From contig OZ316897.1 of NCBI GenBank assembly GCA_973895155.1, forward strand, positions 2,557,416 through 2,621,415: a stretch of 64,000 bases of DNA, given 5' to 3'. The translations under genes were made by a program, and so were the position numbers. Below are positions 41,601-53,600 of the stretch, piece after piece; positions within the stretch are counted from its first letter, which is position 1; each line of letters starts with the position of its first letter. This stretch comes from Marsupella aquatica. Lineage: Eukaryota; Plantae; Marchantiophyta. The notes under the pieces are model-generated. The model was not told the origin of the DNA. It was given only the letters and a program-made list of their open reading frames with translations, and did not search any database.

Positions 41601-44600
41601 TCGTTACTGCTATGTGTATCTCCAACCTGACATTCGCTATTGTGTTGTAGCTTGCAGATTATGTTTATCGGAAAATAGTTTATTTGAACACAAAGGCTTG
41701 GGAAGATGCAATTTTCAAAGGTTACAAGCACACAACTGAGCCTAAAATATGGATGCACTAAACAAAAAAGGAAGGATGATCAGCAGCATCTGAGGTTGCA
41801 ATGCAGGAAACGCTAAGCCTATTTTGTTCCTGGTGAAACTCTTTGTGCCAATAATTCACCAGCAATAACGATCTTGAAGGCTTAGTTGATAACAAGGCTT
41901 CTGCTGGAATGTGCAGAGAGGACAGCAACACAAATGGTGCACATGAAACCTCAAGAAGAATATGAAGAAAAGGCAAGTTAAATTTTTAGGAGAGTCATAA
42001 TCTCTATTCAGTTTCAAAACTCTGCAACTTGAAAGGCAGAGCAAGTGTTGAAGGGATAAAACACGGGATATGTCATCATCATTGGCAAATTTTCCGTTCA
42101 GGGGATACTTTATTGTGCAGTTATAGCCTAGTTTAAATACCCATGTTTAATAAAATAATTATTCTAATCTATTCTTTTTATCAGGTTTTAAAATTGACCT
42201 ATTTTGGTTTATATAGATTATAGTTTAAAGAACATGGACATTCTATATATCTGAGTTTATAGCCTTCTGTTTTAGTTCCTACATGCTATAAAAACATTGC
42301 AGAAACAAGTTGAAAATTAATATGTTGGATTGCACCTGGTTCCTACATTTCATTTAGTTGAGAACCCCCCCCCCCCCCCCTTTTCTCTATTGATGGATAA
42401 AGTTAGAATCAATGTAAACTTATAGTGTATTAGAGCAGCCAGAACTCTACCAATCATATCATGGTCCTTAGTTTATGATTGAAACCTGCATTGGGTGAGG
42501 AATTGTAGATTGCTCGAAATCGGCTTGGTGGGAGTATTTGTGCACTCAGTGTTTTGAGGTAATCATATTTTGTGAGCCAATCCCTTTGGTACTCCTTTTT
42601 TGTATTACATTCAATTCCTTGAGAACAAACGGGGCACAGAACACCCCAATTTTGTTGTGAAGTGGCTCCCAGCTCACACATAGTCATGACTGCATTTTAT
42701 ATCTGGCTCCTTGGAATCTCATCCGGCCATGAATGCAAGTTATGCAGCCATGGTTAAAATCTACCCACCCCGCCAAATTAATGTAAATATTGCACTAAAG
42801 AATTATGCACTTACGGACAATGCAATTAGGGGATTTCTGTTGTCTCCAATTCTAACCCATGGTTTGATCAGATATTTGACAGACTACATTGGTGAACTTC
42901 CTCTTTGTGTTCTGGTGAGAGAATCAACCCAAAACTATTTTGAATTGTTTTTTATTCAACAAGTAGAAGACATTGTCATTTCTACAAGTTAAAGCATACC
43001 TTTTCATTTGTACCTATCTTTAGCAAGTGTATAATAATGAAGCGTTGGATGAAGCTTTCTGTGTTTGTGTGTACTTAGCAAGAGCTCAACCTTTATGCAT
43101 GCTAGTCACTCGAATAAGCTACCCAATAGCTTTAAGACTTATAGAACCATATGGTCTATCTGATACATAGGCTCGGTTGGTGGATTGCCATGATATACTC
43201 ATGGCCTTGATCCCACTTGTGGATTCTGCTCCTTGGAAAAGGAAAAGAAAGAGCACTACAAAGACATGGGTAACTCTCAACTTTGACTTGCTTTTCTTTC
43301 AAAAACACTTTTAAAAGGGCACAACCCCCTTGCTTGGCCAAGAATCATATTACCAGGTTGTGTTAGTTATTCAATCTCAGCTAACCATCTTTGATTCTAC
43401 AAGCTCTCCTCTAGGTGAGGAACGTGGCTGACCCCCATGTTTTACCTCAACAGACTGGTTTTCTACCTGATGGGAGCACATTTGATAATCTGTTGGCTTT
43501 TAAGATGGGTGAAGAATATGTTAAAATTATGGGTCAGCATTATGATAATATTTTGAAACTGCTATATGGTGAATGCACTTTTCAGATTTTGTCTTGTTCA
43601 TAATTTTTGTGTCATGTATTTTTATTTCAATGTGCTTTATCAAGGGGCATCCTTTGAACCCCTTTAATTTTTGGTATCTTAGAGAATTTTGAACTCATTT
43701 TAGCAGCCCTCTTAATTTTAATCCCACTGACTTTAACTTCTATCACTTGAACAAAGTTTTTAAGTCTTCTTTGAGAAAAATGATTCTGAACAACTGCCAA
43801 CACATGGTGTGTTAAGTTACCCTGATGACATTCTTCCTTAAATTTATGGTTTTTATTGAATTGGGTGTCATTACTAAGGCACATTGAATTTTGTGCACAC
43901 ATTGTAGTGTAGTTGTGTCATAGCACCTGACTGTGAAAAGTTGTACTTTTTATTGGTCTGTGCTTTTCTTTGCATGTTCTATTCTAGTTGGATTATTTGA
44001 TCCATATACATATCATTACAAGACAAAATATCAAACATGTTTCAGGATGAGCATGCTATACTATATGTATCAGCATGCTTTCTAATGGAAGCTGGATTTT
44101 GCCAAAGCTAACTTACAACCAATTGACGAGTTCTTGTGGAGTGTGGTGGCTAATTAAGCTAGGGTTCTGTCCACAATTTATTGCTCTGTTCAGGGGCCTA
44201 GTAATATTTGCATACTCTAAAGTAGTGGTGGACCTCGCCACCCAGCGCCCTCACCAATCCCAGCACTTGCGCCTAAGTGCCCTTGGTGCCCGAACGCCCC
44301 CACGGAATACCTCGAGCAAGCATCCAAGTGCCTCTAGCACCACCAGCTGCGAAGCCGCACTTGCTCACCTACACGACCGCTACTCCACGGTCCTCACTGT
44401 CTGCACAACCAACCAAACACTTCGGTAAGTAACCCCTCCGGATCTAGAACTCGCCAAGTCTAGCATCCTAACTCAAGCTCAATAGACGTTGGTAAATAGG
44501 TCAGCGACAGGTCCTCCTGATGCCATAAGTCGGAACCAGAACCCACGCCCACTGTCCGTCCAGGACAGCTCCTTCCTTGGGCGCGGCCCGGGTTCCCCCT

Positions 44601-47600
44601 CGTACCTATCCATCACCAACTGACCGCCCTGACCTCAGGACATGCTCATGGCCCAACTAGCGTAGCTTGTCCTAAAGCTTGTCCCAAGCTTGTCTCAACA
44701 CGCCGGGACCAGAACTGCCCCGACTCTAACACCTACTCCCGGTTTACCCCACTAATGGTCTAGGGACCGAGCGCCCTTGGGACTCAGCCTCCATACCTAC
44801 TTGGCCTTGCCTCCCCAACGCAAGCTCCCTTGGGAGGCTGAACGCGGCTTGGCTGATGTTCGGCAGGATTTGGCAAACGGGCGAGCTAACACCCGCAAAT
44901 CACGAGAACCCATGGCACCCCCAGACCCAGCTGAGCTCAGGAGGGCGTAGCCCTCTTCAAGAGATTTCCAACGAACCCAAGAAGTCCTCCAACGGACTTC
45001 CCGTTGGGAAGATATCGTCATTTCCATTTGGCGGTTTCTCTTAGTGTCGCGACCGCCGCGGCTCACAACTTCGGCTCGCCCTTAGCCCCCAGGGAGACAC
45101 CACTCCCCTCATATATGTTTCTGGAGACCTGCCACCCTCGGACCAGCTTTGGTCCCTAAACATTTGGCCCCCAACCCGGATCCCATCGCGCATAATGGGT
45201 GTGCCACCAACTGGCAACGTCCATAACTTTCTTGATAGGCATCCGCAAGCGGAGTGCCTTAGCCCATTGTGACCGGGCCGACCCGGTGCTCATGCCTAGG
45301 CCCTCAGGTCTTATTGTCGCTCGGGCCCCCCCGACCGGCCCAATCGGATCGGGCCACAACTTGCGCCCCAAGCGTCCGTTGCCAATGGCATCAACTCCAT
45401 TGGCCTTGGGCCCAAGAGGAGCTCACTCCCAAGCCCTCAGAACTCAAAGCCCATCCGATGGTCCGGACGGCCATCCTTGAGCCCGGCCCATTTCCCCTTG
45501 ACCCAACCAGCCATAGGCTAGTCCAAGTCCTTAGTGTGTGTCCCCAGCTTGGCCCCTTGCCTCGCTAGTGCCACATCTCATTGCCCACAAGTCTCCCCAT
45601 GCTAAGTCCTCCCCGGATGGCCTATCCGGGCCTGGACCATAAGGGAGCTCGGCGTCGGAGTCAGCGACGCCGGAGCTAAGTGTTAAGGTAGTCGAGTTCC
45701 GCAACTAAAGTTCATGCAAATGGTAGATTGATGTACTGAGGAGATTGAAAATCTTCTCTTGAGGAGTTTGACAAGGCAGCCCTGTTGTCCTGGTCAGCAC
45801 TCTCTATTTTCTATGGTTTTTTCTTTTTTTCCCAAATTAGAGAATGTCACCTGGTGTGAACTGAGTAAATTCTAAGAATATTCCTTCCATAATTTTCTTA
45901 GACTGCTTTGTCACCATTAGATCCCGCATTAGATCTCACTAGATTTAAGAACTGTCAAATTCCGGCAAAGGAAGTCTATGCCTAAGTGAGAAACTAGACA
46001 TAAAAACAGTGTTTAGCTAATTTTAGCCAGAAAATGTGGCATATTATATGTTATAGTGGACTTGCTGACTGAAATTTTGCACAATTCCTGATTGGAATTT
46101 GTTTGCAAAAGGCAGTTTTGAGACACCCTACTGCGGCGTCATTCTGGGTCACAACATCTGCTGGTAAAATTAACCCAGCCAAGGGGGTTTTGGCTTGAGA
46201 CGGGTTACAACATCCGCCCGTGAGTGAACTCAACATCAATAGGGCACCAAGTGCAAACCAAATTGTGGTGTGGATGTGTGGACACAAGTGTCCCTGACTG
46301 TACAAGTTAGTGGCAAGATATCTCATGCATGATGACCCAACTCACGAGCCATCGCATGGCATTCTGGGAGCATAAAGTCAATGAGGAAAGACTGCTTTTG
46401 AAATGCCTAGCTTAGTACAACCCCAAAACTTTCTTGCGGCCTACCCTTGCCTTCCTTATAGGACAGCAAGACACATGCTACAACATGTTGACCAGAAGGA
46501 GGGAATTAAGTGAGTGTATTATTTAAGTACAAAAATTTAGCAAATTCCACTCCACTTGGAAGTATTAGCCACTTTTGGAAATAATTAGCCATTTTTTCCC
46601 TACTTTCTCAGTGGCCACATACCCCAGAATTTGATGGCTCCCTTCGATCTATAGCCGTGTGGTGGACTAGGCGCTGTAGACTGCGACAACAAGCATGGTT
46701 GACTGGGCCTAGGAGCACAATGGGGCCCATCAGGTAAACAAGTTTCACCAGGGGACCCATCAAGCATATATCTCGAGTATCTAATGTCCAGAGATTAAAT
46801 GAGAAATTATGAAAGGTATACTTTTAGTTCACACTAGGTGATGTTTGCCAATCAATCTGCTAAGTGAATTGTACAAGGAAAGGTTTTAGAATCTTCTATT
46901 TCACACCGGGTGACATTTGGCACTTTGAGAGAAAAGGAAAAACCTTAAGAAACTAGGCTGGTAGGGACACTAGGGTTGCATGGTACCAGGCTGGTTAATC
47001 ATGGAGCATTGGAGGGGCTAGGGGATGTGCATGCCTGGGCTGCAGGGACTGTGGTGGGGGGGGGGGGGGGGGGGGCACAACTAGTCCCTTTGAAAAGAAT
47101 GGGCCTTATCAGGGGTTTTTCCGTGGAGGGGCCCAACAAGTTTCTTTCTTCTATTTTCCTTGATGCACACCTAGTTCCTTGGGTCCATAGTTTTCAGCTT
47201 CATCACCCAGTCTCCGTCTGGGCACTAGGTCACATTGGTGGCTAAATGGTAGGCTTTGGCTTTAGCTGAGACACCGGACCTATGTTTACTCTTGTCCTGC
47301 TTTAATGAAGGTGACAGGAGTGTGTTCAAGCTTTCTGATGGGTTGTTAGGTAGCATAGTCCCCAAGATAGTCCCCAAAGGCAAAGGTCTGGGAAGATAAA
47401 CTAGAAATGTTTGCCTACCTTTTTACTTTGTTAAAGACATTCTTGATAACCTGGATCCATCAGGTTTTCAAAATGGACAATGGTGGATTAGAAGCATTTA
47501 ATAATTGACAGTTCACTGCCACTGTCCTCACCAATGTGCGATTGACTGCATGTTTGCTCTTTCTAATCATGGGTTTCTGGCCAAGAGCCTGTCCAACTTC

Positions 47601-50600
47601 TGTCCCTCGATCTCTTAATATGTGTTGGTGGCCTTTGGGTGCTCCTGAGTCCCTCAGAATGGTAAATGCCGCTTGGGGGCCATTTATTGACTTTTCCTTG
47701 TAACGATTTTGAGGGCTCCCCGCCTGAGCCTTTCCCCAGGGCATTCTGGGCAAATGCTGGGGCAGATCCCCCTCCCTTTCTTTTGAAAATAGAAACAAGG
47801 TTGACATATTAGACTCTCAGTTCCAGGTAAAAGCATGCAATGATTGTCTAGAGTTCAAGCCCTTGGAAAAGTTATCTTCAATCAAATACCAAAGGTTCCT
47901 CGTAAAGGGACTTTCTATTGAGAGACTACAATGAAGCGCTGACAGAACATTTTAATTGTGATTGAAGGATGTTTGAAACTTTTGAAAAGACCACTTAATC
48001 GACCCCAAGTTAAATGAAAAGTAGAAGGTGTACATGAAAGATTCTTTATGATTGGAGCAGTAGTCCTGTGACTAATCCACATGTATAAAAATTCAAGGGA
48101 GCTGTCATATGATTATGCAGGTTGAGATGTATGCAAAAGGGAAGTGGACTGAGGTACCGGCAAGTGATCGTTTCAAGATGGTGGAGCCTGATGTGCAGGT
48201 TTGTCAACGTTGGAGCAATCCCTGCTTGGCTAATAACTGAAAATATTACTACAGTATTGCCATCCAGTTTCATGCACAGCCTGTGCCAAACATTAGTTGT
48301 TTTTCCCCTGGAAATAAATGTTTGGCCCAGATATTAGTTTACATTTTGATTTCAAAACTACTGTAAATAATTGAGGTAAAAAGCTTCTGCACTGTCAAGT
48401 GTGGGTGGTGGGCAATGGAGTGATTTTTAAAAATTCTGAAGTCCTCATCTTCTTGAAAACTACAGATATTAGTAAAGATTTGTCTAAGCTGCTTCAAACA
48501 AACCCAAGAAGAGCCAGTTCCATTGGATAGAAAACTTTTCAAAAACGTTTAGGAACTACTGATGAGTGAAGGTGTTAAAGCTGTCAAGGTCCATTGGGGT
48601 TCCATGGTTCAAGGGCTTGTCCATGGGTCCGGAACATCACTCTCGACTACTCTGACATCTTGAAATTGGCTTCAAGTATTTTAAGGAAGCTTTCTTTGTG
48701 GCGTATTGGAATAACTACCACAATATCTAGAATCTGAACCCCAGATGGACTGATACGTTGTCCCTGCCCATCCTCATGGATTGCATAAAGTGATCACTGC
48801 TTTTGCCCCCCAAAAGAAAGAAATGGGTTGCGGATCACAGTTGACAATTTGGACCTTTGTTCAGTTTAATGTTGTCTGAAGAAGAATGCAGCTTCTTTGT
48901 CTTGAAGCTCCAATCTCAGCTCAATTAATGAAAGCAAGCAAAATGGATAAATGAGATGGAAGGTGTGATTGAAAACACTGACACCAGTCCAGTGCTCCAC
49001 TATCACAGATTCAAGCCCCTCACTTAAAGAATTTTTTTAAGTCATCACAAACTTCATGAGTACATAACACATTTTCAAAATGTGCATGACGTCTTGTCGA
49101 CTTCCTTGACAGGTTGTCAAAGTCACCAGCTGTTTGCAATACAAACCTTAGTAATTACCTTTGAATTTGGCAGATGGGTAGATTTATTTGCGGGACATTT
49201 GGATTCAGTTTAAGCTGAAAAGTTTCCAGCATGGTCTCTCATGTCCAATCTATTCATTTGCCTGACAAAGTTTGAGACTTTTCTGAGACTACTTTCTCCA
49301 TTTCCCACGAACACAAAGATGGTCAAACATGCTAAATCATGATTTCACTTTACACTTGGGAATTTTCATTTTGGGTCAACTGCGAGGTCAACTGAAAACT
49401 GGTGACATTCCTCAGTAACGGCATGACATTGATGTCTTTCATGTTTAAGGTCGTCAAGTCAAAAGCTATCAAGGAGACTGTTGGGTAACATAACTAGAAT
49501 GGGTTGCAAATGGTAAGAAGAACATTTACAGGTCACATTTTGGTCAAAAATGTAAACATTGTTATCTGAGTCAATTTAAATGTTCTGAGCAAGTCCATCC
49601 AGGCTTTGCCCGTTGATCTGGGCTTTATAAACAATGTTGAGGTCCATCCGGACTTTAATTTCCAATACCTAACATTCTTGTTTTTTTTAACATATTGGTG
49701 CAGCTGTGGCTTGCAACCAACAACCTATTGGTTGACCCAAAATGTAGAGCCAAGTATGTCTTCAATGACTTCCGACGTACCCAAGTACTCAAGGTAATGA
49801 AAATATTAACTTAGAAAAGGGCAAGGCCATTTTCACAAGCTTGTTTTAGTTGAATCCACCCTTACATCTTTATTATTTCTATATTTTTCTATATTGTATT
49901 ATTTAGCTAACTATAAGCAACTTTGTTTTCCATGGTTTGCTTTTTTATTGAAGCCACTAGATCGAGTGACATTTGGAGCCTTACAAGTGTTTAGGTCAAG
50001 AGCTCGAGGAATCAGTACACGTGTAGCAGGCCCAAACTCTAAATTCACTTCAATAAAGCAATAGACTAAAATGTCAATAATTGCCTAGAGAGGCATGACT
50101 TTGTGGTAGCTCACTTGAGTAGAGACTGATAGGTTTTGGGTTCAACTATTGTGACTGACTATTCAACCCTTTCTATGGGGTTTCACAAATTTCCCCTTAA
50201 AAATTATTAAAAAATGTCAATAATTCATCCCTTCAAGGAAGAGTGGCTAAACCTTGATGGTCTTCATGTTCATGGGCCAGAAAACAAAGTGTTGGAGGTC
50301 AGCTTATCCTTAGTCAGCCTCTGAATGAATTCAAAGTAGATTACCTGCTTTACAGATAGGGTGGATTTCTCTCAGCTCTATTGGTATTGCTCAGAAATGG
50401 GTGACCAAAATTAGAGATTAATTACTCATTTCAAGATCATGGTTCTTTCTACTCAATGCTATTGGGGCATTCTAGCGTGTGAGGAAAGAGTAAAAAACTT
50501 CTTTGCATGAGTAAATGTTTTACACAGTCACATGACCCCTATTTTTCTATATTTAACTGCCTCGCTAACAACAACCTGGTTGATAACATCCATTTTGGGG

Positions 50601-53600
50601 ACTCCTCTGTTGGCTAGCAAAGTCGCTAGCCATCTGGAGTCTTGAAAAAACACTAAAAATATAAAAGGCAGCGAAAAATCAAAAGATATTTGAAACTACC
50701 AGTGACTCACTAACAACACTCTCCTGGCTATCAAAATTCTTGTTTGCTTGTAAAATACAATACATCAAGGCTAGTTTTTGTGTTAACTTGTAGTGTTATC
50801 TTAGCAGAGGTGATGGGATCATTTTCTGAAAAGTGACTAAAGTTCTGTGATGGGAAATAACACTAAGATTATGCCATGTTTATGATTGCAGTTGGGGAAA
50901 CATCTGAATGACATTTACCTTGACCAGTTGCCTGTCCTTCGAGACCTCAAGTGGGTATGCCAACTGTCACCATCTCCATTTTTCCCCACACTAAGTTTCA
51001 ATCATAACCCCAAAAAAACTGTCATGACCTGCGGCATGACCCAATGTGGAGGTGTTAAACTTTCTCTGATACATGGGAAAAAGAGAGTAAGTTGAAGAAA
51101 ACAAGGCACCAGGGCGCATTTGTCTCAAACTTAAACTGAGTGCACCACCCTTGTGAGTCAATTGTCTTGCCTCTGTTCGATTAGTACAGAATATGTCACC
51201 TACTGTGACAGCTAACTTTCTCTCTTTTCCCTCACCAGACCATGACCTGCTCTGCCGTAACTACTGTCTTCCACCTAAACGCCCACCAAAACACTGCCTG
51301 GATCTTGTATTCAAAAATATAAACAATTAGAAATTTTGACTAGAGAATGGTTTTAGTCCCAACACAACACCCTGTCTAACAGAGAGTCAGGGCCTTCTGT
51401 TCAGATGTGGGAGTTTTGTTTGAGTAAGAGTCTTGCGGTAAGGGAATAACCAAGTCCAAAACTTACTTTTCAGGGCCCTGTCCTTTCCTCATGAAAACCT
51501 GTGGCTAAAACTCACTTATTAGGCCCAGGGTGCACTATTCCAATAGAACTACCAAGAGCTTACTATTTGAATACAAGGCCCAAGCCTTGTGTTTGGTGAA
51601 AGACAGTAGGCACAACTTATTATCAATTTGGAATGATCTGCAATGTTAAAACACTATACAGAAGGTTCAATCTTGTGCACCTTGAGGGGTGCCTTGATAG
51701 CACGTATTATTGTTGTCTATCACTTATGCATGACTTTGCAACCTTGCAAATAGAATTGAGAATTATGTGAAAGACACTAGGTTGTTGCTTGATCAGCTTG
51801 TCAGGTTAGCTTGGTTGAGAACAAAGTATGCAAAGTATCATTAGCCTTAACTACTTGAATCTCTTGTTTCCAGGCATTAGAGGAGCTCCAACTCAAGATA
51901 GTTCCCACTAATCAATCTGACATCACAGCTGGCTACTTAATACTTGAGCAGGTAGTCTTCTCTTCTTGCAACTAGAAGAATTTAGACTTATGAAGTGGGG
52001 AATACACGGTACCTTTATTTTTTGGTTGAGTAACATACTACAAAAAAATTAGGCATCATACCTATTTGAGTCCAACTGAAGGGGTTATGTATCCTAGAAG
52101 ACAAGGCTTCTTGATTTTGGGTAGAACAAATTTCTGAACCGTGCCTCCCTTTATGAGCCAGAATACCTATCTACACTCATTTCCTCCTTTCTTCTACTAA
52201 TAGTTTTTGGGCTTTTGAAACAAGATTATTACAATTGATTTGCAAGGCACATTTGACCCACACTAACCCTCGCCCGCATCCACTGAGAGATGGGGACTTA
52301 AACTTGAGACTGTTGTATAGATTTTTTTGCATAGGTTGTTAACCCTGTTAGTTACTAGCCACCCATATCAATGAAGCTCAAAGGCCTCGTCACTCAAACA
52401 TAATTTTAGCGGTTGGATTTCTCTCTCTCAGAGGTCTCTCCAAGTTGCATTGGAACATTTCCAATTGGCTGACCTTGCTGAGTAAATACACAAGGAGAAT
52501 AAGTTGGACTTGAAAACATCCAAAAATAATTTCAAAATTATCTTCAATTGGGGCCTGTGCAGCCTAACAAAGCAATTACTAGGTAGCTTTTGATATTAAT
52601 ATAAAAAGAAGATCACAAATGTAATTAACTGCATATTCTGAAACAAAAGCCCGGATGGACTGCTACGTTCTCCCCATCTATCCCCATGGACTGTGACAGG
52701 GGACAGACCATTTACACCTAATTATGAGACAGCTCAACTGTAAATGGATGGTAAACTCTGTCATTAATTGTTTACCTACATTTCTGTCCCTCTAAGAACA
52801 TTATGTGCTCACTTCAAAGTCAAATTGAGAATGTCAATGAAATGAAAACACACATTTAAAATCTTCCGCATCTCCGCCGCGGCAAAGTACTCGAAGCGCT
52901 CCTTGTAAAAAGAGCAGCGCTCTCTAAAAATAGGATTCATTAACAATACTCCCCCAAAAAATCTCAAGTAGCACTATAGCAATAGTCAAAATATTATTTA
53001 CAATAAGAACAATGGTCTGTCAAAAATAGTATTCAGCAATTGCTTATGCAAATTAAAATTTCCTTTACCTCCACAATGAAAAACTTTCTTTAATCCGGTA
53101 ACAAGAGCAATGTTATATAAAATACAAGATTATGTAAAAACATTTCTTAAAGTAGTATAGTCATTCCGCAAAGTGTCAATGCCCTAGAATCTTAAAAAAA
53201 TGTGTAGAAAAATATGAATCCATTATAAAAATTGAGGTTATTTGGGCATTAGATTTGCCCCATAGCCTCCTTGGTGAGAATTGTTCCTTTGGTTAATGAG
53301 TCACTGTGTTACTTGCTTCCCTTTTAATGGGGCTTATAAACATTAAAAAATATTTTTGAGTAAATTAAGTTCATTTAGTATTTTACCATTGAGCCAATAA
53401 CTTAAGGCACTATGAGTAAAATGTGAAGCACTCATACTCAAAGTTTCATAAACCATAGAGGCCAAATCAAGTATTTATAGAAGGACCTAAATATACTTTA
53501 TATTTTTATTGAACTCTATTGGGGGAATGGAGCGAAGCCTTCAATTAAAGTGCTCTGGCCTCTGACAAAATATCTTTAAGACATGAGTGAGGACAGAGTT

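Larger units (their letters stand above)
43370..45800 (+). mobile_element. Decayed L1/Tx1-like non-LTR reverse transcriptase fragment in ZMYND10 intron 12, split by two insertions
   Basis: QQTGFLPDGSTFDNLLAFKMGEE | KLDFAKA...KLGFCPQFIALFRGLVIFAYSK | VHANGRL...RGV*QG are consecutive L1 RT motifs, with stops and frameshifts. Confidence 0.82.

Noticed and set aside
45156-45371. Peptide KALRLRMPIKKVMDVASW...HY resembling a DIRS tyrosine-recombinase C-terminus
   Set aside because: The catalytic HxxR is absent, the W-to-HY spacing is wrong, and no other recombinase or RT sequence lies in the element.
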